In this document: piece after piece, positions 17,916-27,062 of the stretch | How the letters are laid out: every line of letters begins with the position of its first letter | Numbering within the stretch: position 1 is the first letter of the stretch | NCBI GenBank assembly: GCA_964553025.1 | Contig: CAZKJF010000018.1 | Span: 1,641 to 65,640 of the forward strand | From: an uncultured Candidatus Saccharibacteria bacterium | GTDB lineage: Bacteria > Patescibacteriota > Minisyncoccia > 2-02-FULL-40-12 > GWA2-44-9 | Direction: 5' to 3' | Length of the DNA: 64,000 nucleotides | The notes under the pieces: generated by a model | Seen by the model: the letters and a program-made list of their open reading frames with translations, nothing else | The model's database searches: none | Told to the model about the DNA's origin: nothing | Made by a program: the position numbers and the translations under genes

Positions 17916-19610
17916 TTAATTCACCACCGCGCGGATGCGGCGGATGCCGGCGGAGACGGCTTCTTCTTTTTTGATGGTGAAAATGCCGATTTCGCCGGTA
18001 CGGGAGACATGCGGTCCGCCGCAGAGTTCCTTGGAATATTCGCCGATTGAGTAGACCGTCACCCGTTCCGGATATTTTTGCTTGAAAAATGCCAAAGCTC
18101 CCGATCGAAGGGCCTCATCCGAGCTCATTTCCCTCTTGGTAACGGGGACATCTTTGATGATCAGGTCATTTACCCATCCTTGAACAGCCAGCAATTCTTG
18201 ATCAGTTAATTTTCGGGAAAAATTAAAATCAAATCGTAGCCGTTCAGCCGTGATATCGGATCCGTTTTGGCGAACTTCCGGGCCAAGAACAGCGCGAAGT
18301 GCTGCCTGAAGGAGATGGGTGGCGGTGTGGAGGCGGGTTTTGACGGCCATTTCAGCCGCGTCGGTGGCGGTCAGATCGCCTTCTTTTATAATGCCATGGC
18401 CGCCGAATTTCTTTTCGGCACCGGCGCGGGAAATATCCTGATGGCGCTTGCGTTCAGCCTCGAATCCCTCGCGAGTCACGCCTTCGGCTTTGGCGCCGGC
18501 GACTTCTTTGATTACTTCAAACGGCAATCCGAAACTTTCATAGAGCCGAAAAGCCGATGCATCGTCCAAGCCGGAAGATTTTTCGAGCTCCTTGATGCCG
18601 CGTTCAAGCGTGCGGGAAAACTTTTCGATTTCCCCCATGACCGTATCGGCTATTTTTGTATCATCAGCTTCATTGAAGCCATATTCTTTCGCAATTGATT
18701 CGAGGATTTTATAGATGTCGATTTTCAAGCCTTTTTCGTAATATAGTTTTTGGTACACGGCAATCCGCCGGATTAGGCGCCGCAAGACATACCCCTGGTC
18801 TTTATTGTTCGGAGTGGCGCCGTCATGGATAAGATGAGCGATGGCCCGAGAGTGGTCGGCAATGACTCGTTTTATTTTTTGCTCTAATTCGGCCGGTAAT
18901 TGATCGAAGATGTAATCAAAAAGATCGGTTTCGAAGATATTTTGCTTCTTTTGAACGACCATGGCCAGGCGTTCCAGGCCCATCCCTGTATCAATGCCCT
19001 TGGTTTGCAAGGGCTTATATTGTCCGCCCGCGGTTTTATAGAATTCATTGAATACAATGTTCCAAACTTCAAGACCGTTCACATAAATCTCAGTCGTCGG
19101 CCCGCAGGGACCTTCTTCGCCTGTAGGGCCCCAGAAGTTATCCGCGCGGCCGGAGTAGACGATTTTGAGATTCGGATCAATGGATTGCCAGATTGATTCC
19201 GATTCAGCGTCCATCGGGACGGTTTCGTCGCCCGCAAACACAGAGACAGAGTCGATCGCCAGACCCATTTCTTTGGTGATGAATTCATGTGCATAGGAAA
19301 TAGCTTCTTTTTTCCAATAGCCGCCGAAAGAAAAATTGCCGAGCATTTCGAAAAACGTCAAATGCGAGCCGTCGCCAACTTCGTCGATATCGGAAGTTCG
19401 GAGGCATTTCTGGATCGAAACCGTATTCAAAGACTCGAAATCTTTCTCTGGATCGGCGCTGCCGGTGTAGTAGGGCTTGAACTGCTGCATGCCGGCGGTC
19501 GTGAACAGAACCGAGGGATCGGTCGGCAGGAGAGATGAAGACGGCACGGCAGCATGGCCTTTGCTTCGGAAGAATTCGAGGAACTTAGTCCGGATATCCT
19601 GATGAGTCAT
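17916..19610 (-). CDS. alaS: alanine--tRNA ligase (compact, no C-Ala domain)
   Basis: DPSVLFTTAGMQQFK, HLTFFEMLGNFSFG, DTGMGLER, editing motifs HTATH and ELCGGPH. Confidence 0.95.
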   Translation of the reverse strand: MTHQDIRTKFLEFFRSKGHAAVPSSSLLPTDPSVLFTTAGMQQFKPYYTGSADPEKDFESLNTVSIQKCLRTSDIDEVGDGSHLTFFEMLGNFSFGGYWKKEAISYAHEFITKEMGLAIDSVSVFAGDETVPMDAESESIWQSIDPNLKIVYSGRADNFWGPTGEEGPCGPTTEIYVNGLEVWNIVFNEFYKTAGGQYKPLQTKGIDTGMGLERLAMVVQKKQNIFETDLFDYIFDQLPAELEQKIKRVIADHSRAIAHLIHDGATPNNKDQGYVLRRLIRRIAVYQKLYYEKGLKIDIYKILESIAKEYGFNEADDTKIADTVMGEIEKFSRTLERGIKELEKSSGLDDASAFRLYESFGLPFEVIKEVAGAKAEGVTREGFEAERKRHQDISRAGAEKKFGGHGIIKEGDLTATDAAEMAVKTRLHTATHLLQAALRAVLGPEVRQNGSDITAERLRFDFNFSRKLTDQELLAVQGWVNDLIIKDVPVTKREMSSDEALRSGALAFFKQKYPERVTVYSIGEYSKELCGGPHVSRTGEIGIFTIKKEEAVSAGIRRIRAVVN

Positions 19611-19652
19611 GATCCTTGTAATCTATCAAAATAAGGGCTTTTAGACAATACA

Positions 19653-19677
19653 AAAGGGCCTTATGGGAAGGCCCTTT
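19653..19677 (-). terminator. terminator hairpin
   Basis: AAAGGGCCTT/AAGGCCCTTT inverted repeat spanning the stop of the small ORF. Confidence 0.6.
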
Positions 19678-19921
19678 GCCGACGGCGAATGCGGCGGGAA
19701 TCGTGCGGTTCGATGCCGAGTTCAGCCAGGCGTTTGACGGCCCGGGCGTGGAGCGCATCGGCGCGAGCCGCGCGAGCGTGTGAAGCGCCGCTCGCGGTGA
19801 GCGGATGTTCTTCACGCCGGACTTCGGAACGCGGAGCGGATGAAGCCGGTGCGGCGGGTTCGGAAGGAAAGATTTTGCGCGTGAGAGTTTTGATCCGCGC
19901 CAGAATTTTTTTCTTCGGCAT
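19661..19921 (-). CDS. small basic hypothetical protein
   Basis: 86 aa Arg/Ala-rich ORF bounded by an AT-rich leader and a terminator. Confidence 0.5.
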   Translation of the reverse strand: MPKKKILARIKTLTRKIFPSEPAAPASSAPRSEVRREEHPLTASGASHARAARADALHARAVKRLAELGIEPHDSRRIRRRQRAFP

Positions 19922-19996
19922 AAGGTTCTGATTTTTATTTTAAGTTCAAAGAAAATCTCATGCAACAAAAATCTGCGGATAACTTCAAAAAAAAAT

Positions 19997-20018
19997 CGCC
20001 GCGGCGAATGCCGCGGCG
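19997..20018 (-). terminator. intrinsic terminator
   Basis: CGCCGCGGC/GCCGCGGCG stem followed by a T9 run on the minus strand. Confidence 0.8.
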
Positions 20019-20021
20019 GAC

Positions 20022-20393
20022 TCAACCGTTCGAAAGATCAGGCTGGTCGAAAAATTTTTGAATGAGATCGGGACGGATGCCGTAGAGCAATCCTTGAATC
20101 CAGGATCGGTCTCGATACGATAAGCCGGCGTTATTGATAAATCTGATGGCGTCGGCCACCCATAATTCCCGATAGAAGTAAACGATCGTTTCTTGTTCGT
20201 CGACTCTGGGAAGCCAACTTACCCCCATCAGCGCAGCCTCCGCGTTGATCTCTTTGAGCGTCTCATCAAGGCCATGCGGCACTCCGATATCGGCGAGCGG
20301 CTTAATGCCTCGGCTGACGGCCCAGATCGCTATCGAAGCTTGTCCGGCAAGGTACGAAGTTGCGTTTATCGGCCTGAACTGACCTGTCTCCAT
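20022..20393 (-). CDS. hypothetical protein
   Basis: 123 aa ORF with TGcTATACT upstream and a terminator downstream. Confidence 0.65.
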   Translation of the reverse strand: METGQFRPINATSYLAGQASIAIWAVSRGIKPLADIGVPHGLDETLKEINAEAALMGVSWLPRVDEQETIVYFYRELWVADAIRFINNAGLSYRDRSWIQGLLYGIRPDLIQKFFDQPDLSNG

Positions 20394-20417
20394 GCGTGCT
20401 GAGGCGAGTATAGCAAC

Positions 20418-23297
20418 CTACATCAGCCGCCGCAAGGCGCAGAATTCGCAGTCTTTATCGTCGCATGAACTGTCGAGAAGTTTTCCGGATTTAACAGTGT
20501 CGATAAGGAGTTGGACTTCTTTTTTTAGAATTTCAATGTCCGATGTTTCGATAGGAAGGGAAACAATCGGGCAACGCCCCTTGGCATCCGGTTTGATAAA
20601 TACGAGCGCCGGTTCAATCGTTTTTTTGGCGGCGCGGGGATCACCGAGTACTAATAGCTTATAGAACACTAACTGTCGGAAATAATTGCCATCATCGGTT
20701 TGGGTCTGGCCTTTGATTGCATTCACGCTCATTGCTTCGCGGGTCTTATAATCATAGATGCTTACTAAAGTACTCGATTCGATAACAGCATCAAGTTTGC
20801 CGTGTAAAAGCAACTCTCCGAACATGGTTTCTCGGCGTGTTTCAGTCGCGATAGCGCCAGATTGTCGTACATGGGCGGCTAATGCGGCTGCGACGATTGG
20901 CGCATCTTCTAATAAAGCTTCCAATGCAGGAGCTTTTTCGAAAGATGGCAGCAGCGAAGTTGAAAAATATTCTTTCACCACACGGCTGATGGTTTCGCCT
21001 ATCGTGTCTTTGGTTTTATGGGGAAGATGCCACACTGCGGCCATGGCTTCGTGCATGGCATTGCCTTTTTCGGTATTGAGGGTAGGAGCTTCGGGCAATC
21101 GGAGAATACTTTTGTAAAAAAACTTGGACGGGCAATCGCAAAAGTGATTCAATGCGGTGACTGAAAGTCCATTTTCATAGAGTACTTTCTTGGCCAGTTC
21201 GGCTGCTTCAGCGCGGCGTTTTGATGCGCGATTCATGCCATGCGGCACCGTCTGTTTCATTGACGCGGGAAGATCGGTTCGGGAAATTTTAGTCTGATCA
21301 AGTTCAGAAATAAATCGCAGCGGCGTGAGCTGACGGCTGGCATCTTCCAATGGAGAAATAATTATCAAGCGTGATCGGGCGCGAGTCAGCGCGACGTAAA
21401 ATAATCGCCGTTCATCAAGAATATTTTCGCCCTCATCGGCCTGACGCGGCAATACAAAATATTCTCCCCGCGCTCGGGGCAGCCAGGATTCTTCGACGGC
21501 GTACGGCAAAAAAACGTTATCAAACTCCAATCCTTTGGAACCGTGAGCTGTCATGACTCGGATCGGCGCCGCCGCGGCGCCGATCGAGATCTTGATGGTT
21601 CGGCTTCCCGCCGATGTTTGATACTCCAGCAATGACCGTATCAATTCAAGCGGATTATCAGGATTTGCCAGCGCAAGCTCGCCCGCAAGCGATATAATGC
21701 CGCGCCAGATTTGAGCTGCAACCGGATCGTGCTGCGCAATGCGAGTAAGGCCGGATTCGTCGCCGGCCATAATAAGATAAGCTACAGCGCCGGAATGATT
21801 TAATTCTTTGCGCAATGCCGCAACGGCTGGAATTTCCTTTTCAACATCTGCCACGAGTCCGGCTCGGAGAGATTTCACGAGTCGAATCTGTTCATCAATT
21901 GCAAAGTCCCATAACCCGCCTCCAATGCATTGCGCAAGCGACTCGACATGAGCGGGATTTGCCAGAAAATCAATCAGAGCAAAGAAAAGCCTGCCAAACG
22001 GATCAGCAAATATATCGCTCCCTCGTTCGGCGTATGCCGGTATCTCGTACTGATCAAGCAATGATAAAACTCTTTGCAGATCGCTATTCCGGCGGGTGAT
22101 GATCGCAGTCGTTTGCTTCGGATGATTATGAAGGATCGTCTGGAGCTGGGCGGCAAGATATTCATCTGCTGCCAGGTTATTCCCAGCTACCACGACATCG
22201 ACGGATTCAGTATCTTTTCGATCTGCTTCTAGGCGGATTCGAAGTTCTCTGTATTCATCCGGCGCATAATTATGTTCAATCATTGCGAAACTGGCATCAA
22301 GAATATTCTGGTGAGAGCGATAATTTTTCTTTAATCGAATGAGTTCCATTCCCTGCCATTTTTTTTGGAAACTCATAAAGTTTTCAACTGATGCACCTTG
22401 AAAGCGATAGATTGCTTGCTTTTCATCCCCCACCACAAATAAATTCGGACTATCAAAAAATTCCGCAATTAAACGAATAAGCAGATTTTGAGCATCATTG
22501 GTGTCTTGGTGTTCATCGATGAGAATATATTGGAATTTTTCTTGCAATAAGCGCAACAATAACTCATCCTGTCGGATTTTTGCAATTACTTCGATGATTA
22601 AATCATCGAAGTCGATTTTTCTCTGTTCGCGTTTTGCCGTCTCGTATCGGTCGTATATTTCAGAAAAAAGTATCGTCCGTTCGCATTTTTCAATGCGTTT
22701 GAGACCCTCCGCTTTTACCTTGCCCTTTGTTGGGCCACGGGTAGATTTCCATTCATCAGCCGTTTGAATGCGCTTGATTTCATCATATGCGAATGATCGA
22801 ACTATTTCAGGGGTCCAGGCTTCAGACTTACAGTCGCCGATTGCCCCGATAATCTTAGGAACGAACAAATCGGGATCTCCGGCAGGGCGCAGATTGTAAA
22901 ATTGCTTATCTTTTAAAATCTCACGTATGATTGTTTCGGCTTGGATTTCAGTTAGTTGTTCGGCTCGGGCGATATGAGGGAAATGATCATCAAATTCGCT
23001 GATGATCGATCTCGCAAAACCGTGATAGGTGTGTAGGCGGACACGATCAGCTGGCCCACCCATGATGAGCCGTAAGCGGCGGCGCATTTCTTTAGCGCCG
23101 GCTTCGGTGAACGTAAGTGCCAGAATATTCTCCGGCTCGGCTTGAGTTTTACGGAGAATGTTGGCGATTCGAAGGGTAAGAATCTGGGTTTTGCCGGTGC
23201 CCGGCCCCGCCACGACCATCACCGGGCCTTCCACTGCATCCACAGCTTTCTTCTGCTCCGGGTTCAGCTGGTTGTAGTACATTTCAAAGTCGGCCAT
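20418..23297 (-). CDS. UvrD/REP helicase fused to a PD-(D/E)XK nuclease (AddA/AdnB-like)
   Basis: AGPGTGKT, ALTFT, DEHQD, VGDEKQAIYRFQGA, TAHGSKGLEF, YVALTRA; C-terminal GKLD..DYKT..QLVFY with CP...C-x4-CxxC. Confidence 0.92.
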   Translation of the reverse strand: MADFEMYYNQLNPEQKKAVDAVEGPVMVVAGPGTGKTQILTLRIANILRKTQAEPENILALTFTEAGAKEMRRRLRLIMGGPADRVRLHTYHGFARSIISEFDDHFPHIARAEQLTEIQAETIIREILKDKQFYNLRPAGDPDLFVPKIIGAIGDCKSEAWTPEIVRSFAYDEIKRIQTADEWKSTRGPTKGKVKAEGLKRIEKCERTILFSEIYDRYETAKREQRKIDFDDLIIEVIAKIRQDELLLRLLQEKFQYILIDEHQDTNDAQNLLIRLIAEFFDSPNLFVVGDEKQAIYRFQGASVENFMSFQKKWQGMELIRLKKNYRSHQNILDASFAMIEHNYAPDEYRELRIRLEADRKDTESVDVVVAGNNLAADEYLAAQLQTILHNHPKQTTAIITRRNSDLQRVLSLLDQYEIPAYAERGSDIFADPFGRLFFALIDFLANPAHVESLAQCIGGGLWDFAIDEQIRLVKSLRAGLVADVEKEIPAVAALRKELNHSGAVAYLIMAGDESGLTRIAQHDPVAAQIWRGIISLAGELALANPDNPLELIRSLLEYQTSAGSRTIKISIGAAAAPIRVMTAHGSKGLEFDNVFLPYAVEESWLPRARGEYFVLPRQADEGENILDERRLFYVALTRARSRLIIISPLEDASRQLTPLRFISELDQTKISRTDLPASMKQTVPHGMNRASKRRAEAAELAKKVLYENGLSVTALNHFCDCPSKFFYKSILRLPEAPTLNTEKGNAMHEAMAAVWHLPHKTKDTIGETISRVVKEYFSTSLLPSFEKAPALEALLEDAPIVAAALAAHVRQSGAIATETRRETMFGELLLHGKLDAVIESSTLVSIYDYKTREAMSVNAIKGQTQTDDGNYFRQLVFYKLLVLGDPRAAKKTIEPALVFIKPDAKGRCPIVSLPIETSDIEILKKEVQLLIDTVKSGKLLDSSCDDKDCEFCALRRLM

Positions 23298-23343
23298 ATG
23301 AACTCAGTGTACTGATTTCCGCTGAATTCCGCCAGAAGCGAAA

Positions 23344-23362
23344 GACCGCCCTTCGGGCGGTC
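23344..23362. terminator. terminator-like hairpin
   Basis: GACCGCCC-TTC-GGGCGGTC downstream of the Cys/His-rich ORF. Confidence 0.6.
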
Positions 23363-23387
23363 GAAATAATCGGGTCAGGCATTGAAT

Positions 23388-23660
23388 TCAGGCAGCTTCC
23401 TTCAGAAGTCTTTTGGCCGACTCTATGCTCATCTTATGGCAAGCGACAAGATGATCTTTCATCCGGCCCGCCAGAATGGCGCGACCGCAGCAGCGGCATA
23501 GTCCATCACAACACGGCATCGCGTGGACAATGTCTCGATCTTCGGGGGGCTCAAAAATATGGATCGGCGCCGACATGAAACGATCATACGGGCCGCCTTT
23601 TCGAATGACTCGGTCATGGCAATCGCAATAGCATTCGTGAGCGCAGGTTACATGACTCAT
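23388..23660 (-). CDS. small Cys/His-rich hypothetical protein
   Basis: 90 aa; CAHECYCDCH, CCDGLCRCC, HLVACH; promoter TTGACA-16-TATACT at 23675-23702. Confidence 0.65.
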   Translation of the reverse strand: MSHVTCAHECYCDCHDRVIRKGGPYDRFMSAPIHIFEPPEDRDIVHAMPCCDGLCRCCGRAILAGRMKDHLVACHKMSIESAKRLLKEAA

Positions 23661-23758
23661 AAAGAACTCTCGTTAGTATATTCCTCGGCCCGCGAATGTC
23701 AAAAATATTGGCATCAAAACTTGCTGATTATCGGAATATAACGTATAATATATCTGCT

Positions 23759-24730
23759 ATGCTGATTGATGATATTACAATTCGCGTTGTTGCCGGCAAA
23801 GGCGGCGACGGTACCGTCTCATTCAACAAAAACATGATGTCGCTCGGGCCCTCGGGAGCCTCCGGCGGCCGCGGCGGCGATGTCTATGTCGAAGGTATTT
23901 CCGACCTGGGCGCTTTGACGCGGCTTCGCCATGCCAAAGTTTTTCGCGCCGCCGACGGCGGCGTCGGCGGGCGCCAGTTCAACGATGGCTCTGACGGAGA
24001 AGATCTCGTTATTCCCGTCCCCGTCGGCACCGTTGTCCATAACCTGGAAACCAAAGAAGATGTTGAAGTGACCAAGATCGGCGAGAAAATCAAAATTGCC
24101 CGCGGCGGCCGCGGCGGCAAGGGTAATTTTCATTTCCGATCTTCGACTAATACCAGCCCCAAGCAATTCCAAGAAGGCCTGCCGGGAGAAAAATTCAAAA
24201 TCCGTCTCGAGCTCAAACTGATCGCTGATGTCGGCTTTATCGGCTTGCCCAACGCCGGCAAATCGAGTTTGCTCAATGAACTCACGCGTGCCAAAAGCAA
24301 AGTTGCCAATTACGCGTTTACCACCTTGGAACCGAATTTGGGCGTGTATTACTCCCTGATTCTAGCTGACGTGCCAGGAATCATTGAAGGCGCGGCCGAA
24401 GGCCGCGGCCTGGGCTTGAAGTTTTTGCGGCACGTGGAGCGGACAAAAACTCTCTTTCATTTAATTTCCGCCGAATCGGATGATCCGGTCCGAGATTACC
24501 GGATCATCCGTTCGGAATTAGGGCGTTATAACCAAGAGCTTCTGAACAAGAAGGAGTATCTGTTTGTCAGCAAATCGGATATTGTCGCGCCTGAAATCCT
24601 CAAAAAAACCCTCACTGCGCTTAAAAAATTGAATTCTTCCATCGCCCCAATTTCCATTCATGACGTCGATAGCCTCAAAGAAGTTCAGAAAATATTGAAC
24701 GGAATTGCAGATCAAAAAACCGCGGCCTAG
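23759..24730 (+). CDS. obg: GTPase Obg/CgtA
   Basis: Gly-rich Obg fold, GLPNAGKS, YAFTTLEPNLG, DVPG; ATG 23759 follows TATAAT. Confidence 0.96.
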   Translation: MLIDDITIRVVAGKGGDGTVSFNKNMMSLGPSGASGGRGGDVYVEGISDLGALTRLRHAKVFRAADGGVGGRQFNDGSDGEDLVIPVPVGTVVHNLETKEDVEVTKIGEKIKIARGGRGGKGNFHFRSSTNTSPKQFQEGLPGEKFKIRLELKLIADVGFIGLPNAGKSSLLNELTRAKSKVANYAFTTLEPNLGVYYSLILADVPGIIEGAAEGRGLGLKFLRHVERTKTLFHLISAESDDPVRDYRIIRSELGRYNQELLNKKEYLFVSKSDIVAPEILKKTLTALKKLNSSIAPISIHDVDSLKEVQKILNGIADQKTAA

Positions 24731-24747
24731 CCGCGGTTTTTTGATCT
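24709..24747. terminator. bidirectional terminator containing both stop codons
   Basis: 18-bp perfect arms AGATCAAAAAACCGCGGC / GCCGCGGTTTTTTGATCT with a CTA loop. Confidence 0.75.
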
Positions 24748-25137
24748 CGGATACGAAAAGATGATCACCAGTGCTCCCGCAAGATCGGCAATCACGTCGC
24801 CGATGGTGTCCAGCGTGTCTCCGCCGTAGAAATATTTTAAAAACCAAGGCGCATACATCGGCGAATATACGGAAGACAGGTGTTCGGCGAGTTCCCAGAG
24901 CAAACCGATAGCGAGCACCAGACCGGCTGTCAGCAGCCAGGATTTTTGAACATGAAACGTCGGTTTTCGCGCCCGCAGGCATTCAATGCAAAACCACGCG
25001 GCGATCCCGCCGCCAAAGAAATGGAAAATTTTATCCAGATGCGGAATGTATGCGTAGAGATTGAACGCTCCGACGATGAATACGACAACAACGATAAAAA
25101 GACCAGCGACAAATATCGGAGCTTTAAGAGATTTCAT
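24727..25137 (-). CDS. small membrane protein (VanZ/DUF2238-like)
   Basis: DKIFHFFGG, LWELAE, DTIGDVIADLAGA. Confidence 0.75.
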   Translation of the reverse strand: MKSLKAPIFVAGLFIVVVVFIVGAFNLYAYIPHLDKIFHFFGGGIAAWFCIECLRARKPTFHVQKSWLLTAGLVLAIGLLWELAEHLSSVYSPMYAPWFLKYFYGGDTLDTIGDVIADLAGALVIIFSYPRSKNRG

Positions 25138-25899
25138 TTAGATTCGGCGGTAGCTGCGGACACCGAGGGGAATAAAGACAGCCAAGATCGCGATAATCCA
25201 CAGCAGCGCGTACCATACATTATCGCCCACCGGCAAGCCGAGCGCAAGCCCACGGACAACATTTACGACGTATGTAACCGGCGTATGCTCGGCAAACGCG
25301 CGAATCCAAGGCTTCATAGTCTCTACCGGGACGAAGATCGAACTGGCGAATGCCAGCGGAAATACCCAAATAAATCCGGCAACTTGGGCTGTTTCCGGAT
25401 TTTTAACGGCAAGGCCAATTGTGGCTGAAATCCACGAGAAGGCAAACCCAAACAGAGTCATGAATGCGATTGCGGCCAGGAAGTTGAAAAATCCGTGCTC
25501 AATGCGAAAACCGACAGCGAAGCCCACGCATGTCATCAAAATAATAACGAACACGTTTCGAAGCAAGTCAGAGATGGTTCTCCCGGCCAAAACCGCCGAT
25601 CGGGACATCGGCAATGATCGAAAACGGTCAATCAAGCCGTGAGAAAGGTCCGTTACCAGGCCAATTCCGGTCTGCATCGCCCCGAAGAGCACGGTTTGGA
25701 CAAGAATGCCCGGCAGCAGATAATTAATGTAGTCGCCGGAACCGGTGTTAATTGCGCCTCCGAATACGTAAGTAAAGAGAAGGAGAAACATCACTGGCTG
25801 GATCGTTGAGAATACCAGCAGCTGAGGAACGCGCAGATACAGGAGCATATTGCGTTTGGTCATCAGGCCGATATCCGAAATAGTTTGAGACAGTGTCAT
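25138..25899 (-). CDS. ABC-2 type permease (DrrB-like)
   Basis: QPVMFLLLFTYVFGG, DRFRSLPMSRSAVLAGR, six TMs. Confidence 0.92.
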   Translation of the reverse strand: MTLSQTISDIGLMTKRNMLLYLRVPQLLVFSTIQPVMFLLLFTYVFGGAINTGSGDYINYLLPGILVQTVLFGAMQTGIGLVTDLSHGLIDRFRSLPMSRSAVLAGRTISDLLRNVFVIILMTCVGFAVGFRIEHGFFNFLAAIAFMTLFGFAFSWISATIGLAVKNPETAQVAGFIWVFPLAFASSIFVPVETMKPWIRAFAEHTPVTYVVNVVRGLALGLPVGDNVWYALLWIIAILAVFIPLGVRSYRRI

Positions 25900-25900
25900 G

Positions 25901-27007
25901 TTATTGGGTGGCGTGGCCGGTTAATTTCATAAATACGTCGTCCAGAGATGGCCGGCGCAGAACAATATCACGAATAGCGAGACCGGCGGCGTCGGCTTCG
26001 CGGACAACGTCAACCAATACGGCCGCGCCGCCGTCAATGGCCATGGTGACAATACCCGTGTCAGCTTCCGGACGGGGCTCATCAGTGCCGAACGGACGCA
26101 GAATATCCGCTGCGCGATCAACTTCAGCGTGATCGGCCACATGCAATTCCAAAATATCCCCACCGACTTGGCGCTTGAGCTCGTCAGCCGTGCCGTGAGC
26201 GATAATGTGGCCATGATCGATTACGAAAATTTTGTCCGCCAGCTGGTCAGCTTCTTCGAGATATTGAGTCGTCAGGAGGACCGTCGTCCCTTGTTGGACC
26301 AAATCGCGGATCACATGCCATAAGGCGAAACGGCTGCGCGGATCGAGGCCAGTTGTGGGTTCGTCAAGGAAAAGCACCGTCGGCTTGCTTACTAAGCTAG
26401 CCGCCAAATCCAAGCGTCGGCGCATGCCGCCAGAATAGGTTTTGGCGGAGCGATCGCCGGCATCAACGAGATCAAATTGTTCAAGTAAATCCTGGGCGCG
26501 CTGACGGGCGGTGGCAGGAGAAAAATGATACAACCGCGCGAACATTTCAAGATTCTCTCGACCGGTCAGCATCTCGTCGACGGCGGCGTATTGGCCCGCC
26601 AATCCGATGGCGCCGCGAAGCTGCTGGGCCTGCTGAACGGCGTTATAACCGGCAACACTAATATGGCCGCTGTCCGGAGCCAGTAGAGTGGTCAGAATTC
26701 GAACGAGGGTTGTTTTGCCGGCGCCATTAGGGCCCAATAATGCGGTAACGCCGCCGCGTTTGACTTCCAGGCTGACATTGTCCAAGGCGCGAACGGCACC
26801 GTATGTCTTTACTGCGTTATGTACCGTAATAATCGAGTCTTCGCTGACGGAGGGAATCGGCGTGATTTGAATGGCGCCGCCGACCAGAATATCGAGAATT
26901 TCATGAGTCTGCCACCCTGCCGCCAAAAGGGCCTGGATAATGTCCTGGTTGGACATGCCTCGGCTGCGGGCTTCATGAATGTAAGTAAACAGCGGATGAT
27001 TGCTCAT
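25901..27007 (-). CDS. ABC ATP-binding protein (DrrA-like) with N-terminal extension
   Basis: GPNGAGKT, YSGGMRRR, LDEPTTGLDP, LTTQYLEEAD, PSLDDVF. Confidence 0.93.
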   Translation of the reverse strand: MSNHPLFTYIHEARSRGMSNQDIIQALLAAGWQTHEILDILVGGAIQITPIPSVSEDSIITVHNAVKTYGAVRALDNVSLEVKRGGVTALLGPNGAGKTTLVRILTTLLAPDSGHISVAGYNAVQQAQQLRGAIGLAGQYAAVDEMLTGRENLEMFARLYHFSPATARQRAQDLLEQFDLVDAGDRSAKTYSGGMRRRLDLAASLVSKPTVLFLDEPTTGLDPRSRFALWHVIRDLVQQGTTVLLTTQYLEEADQLADKIFVIDHGHIIAHGTADELKRQVGGDILELHVADHAEVDRAADILRPFGTDEPRPEADTGIVTMAIDGGAAVLVDVVREADAAGLAIRDIVLRRPSLDDVFMKLTGHATQ

Positions 27008-27062
27008 AAAATGAAAAATATCCTAAGAGTATAGGATATTTACCTTTAAAATGCAACCGAAG

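Noticed and set aside
20418-21200. Cas4 / CRISPR adaptation gene
   Set aside because: The nuclease is fused to a UvrD helicase and there is no cas1, cas2 or array nearby.
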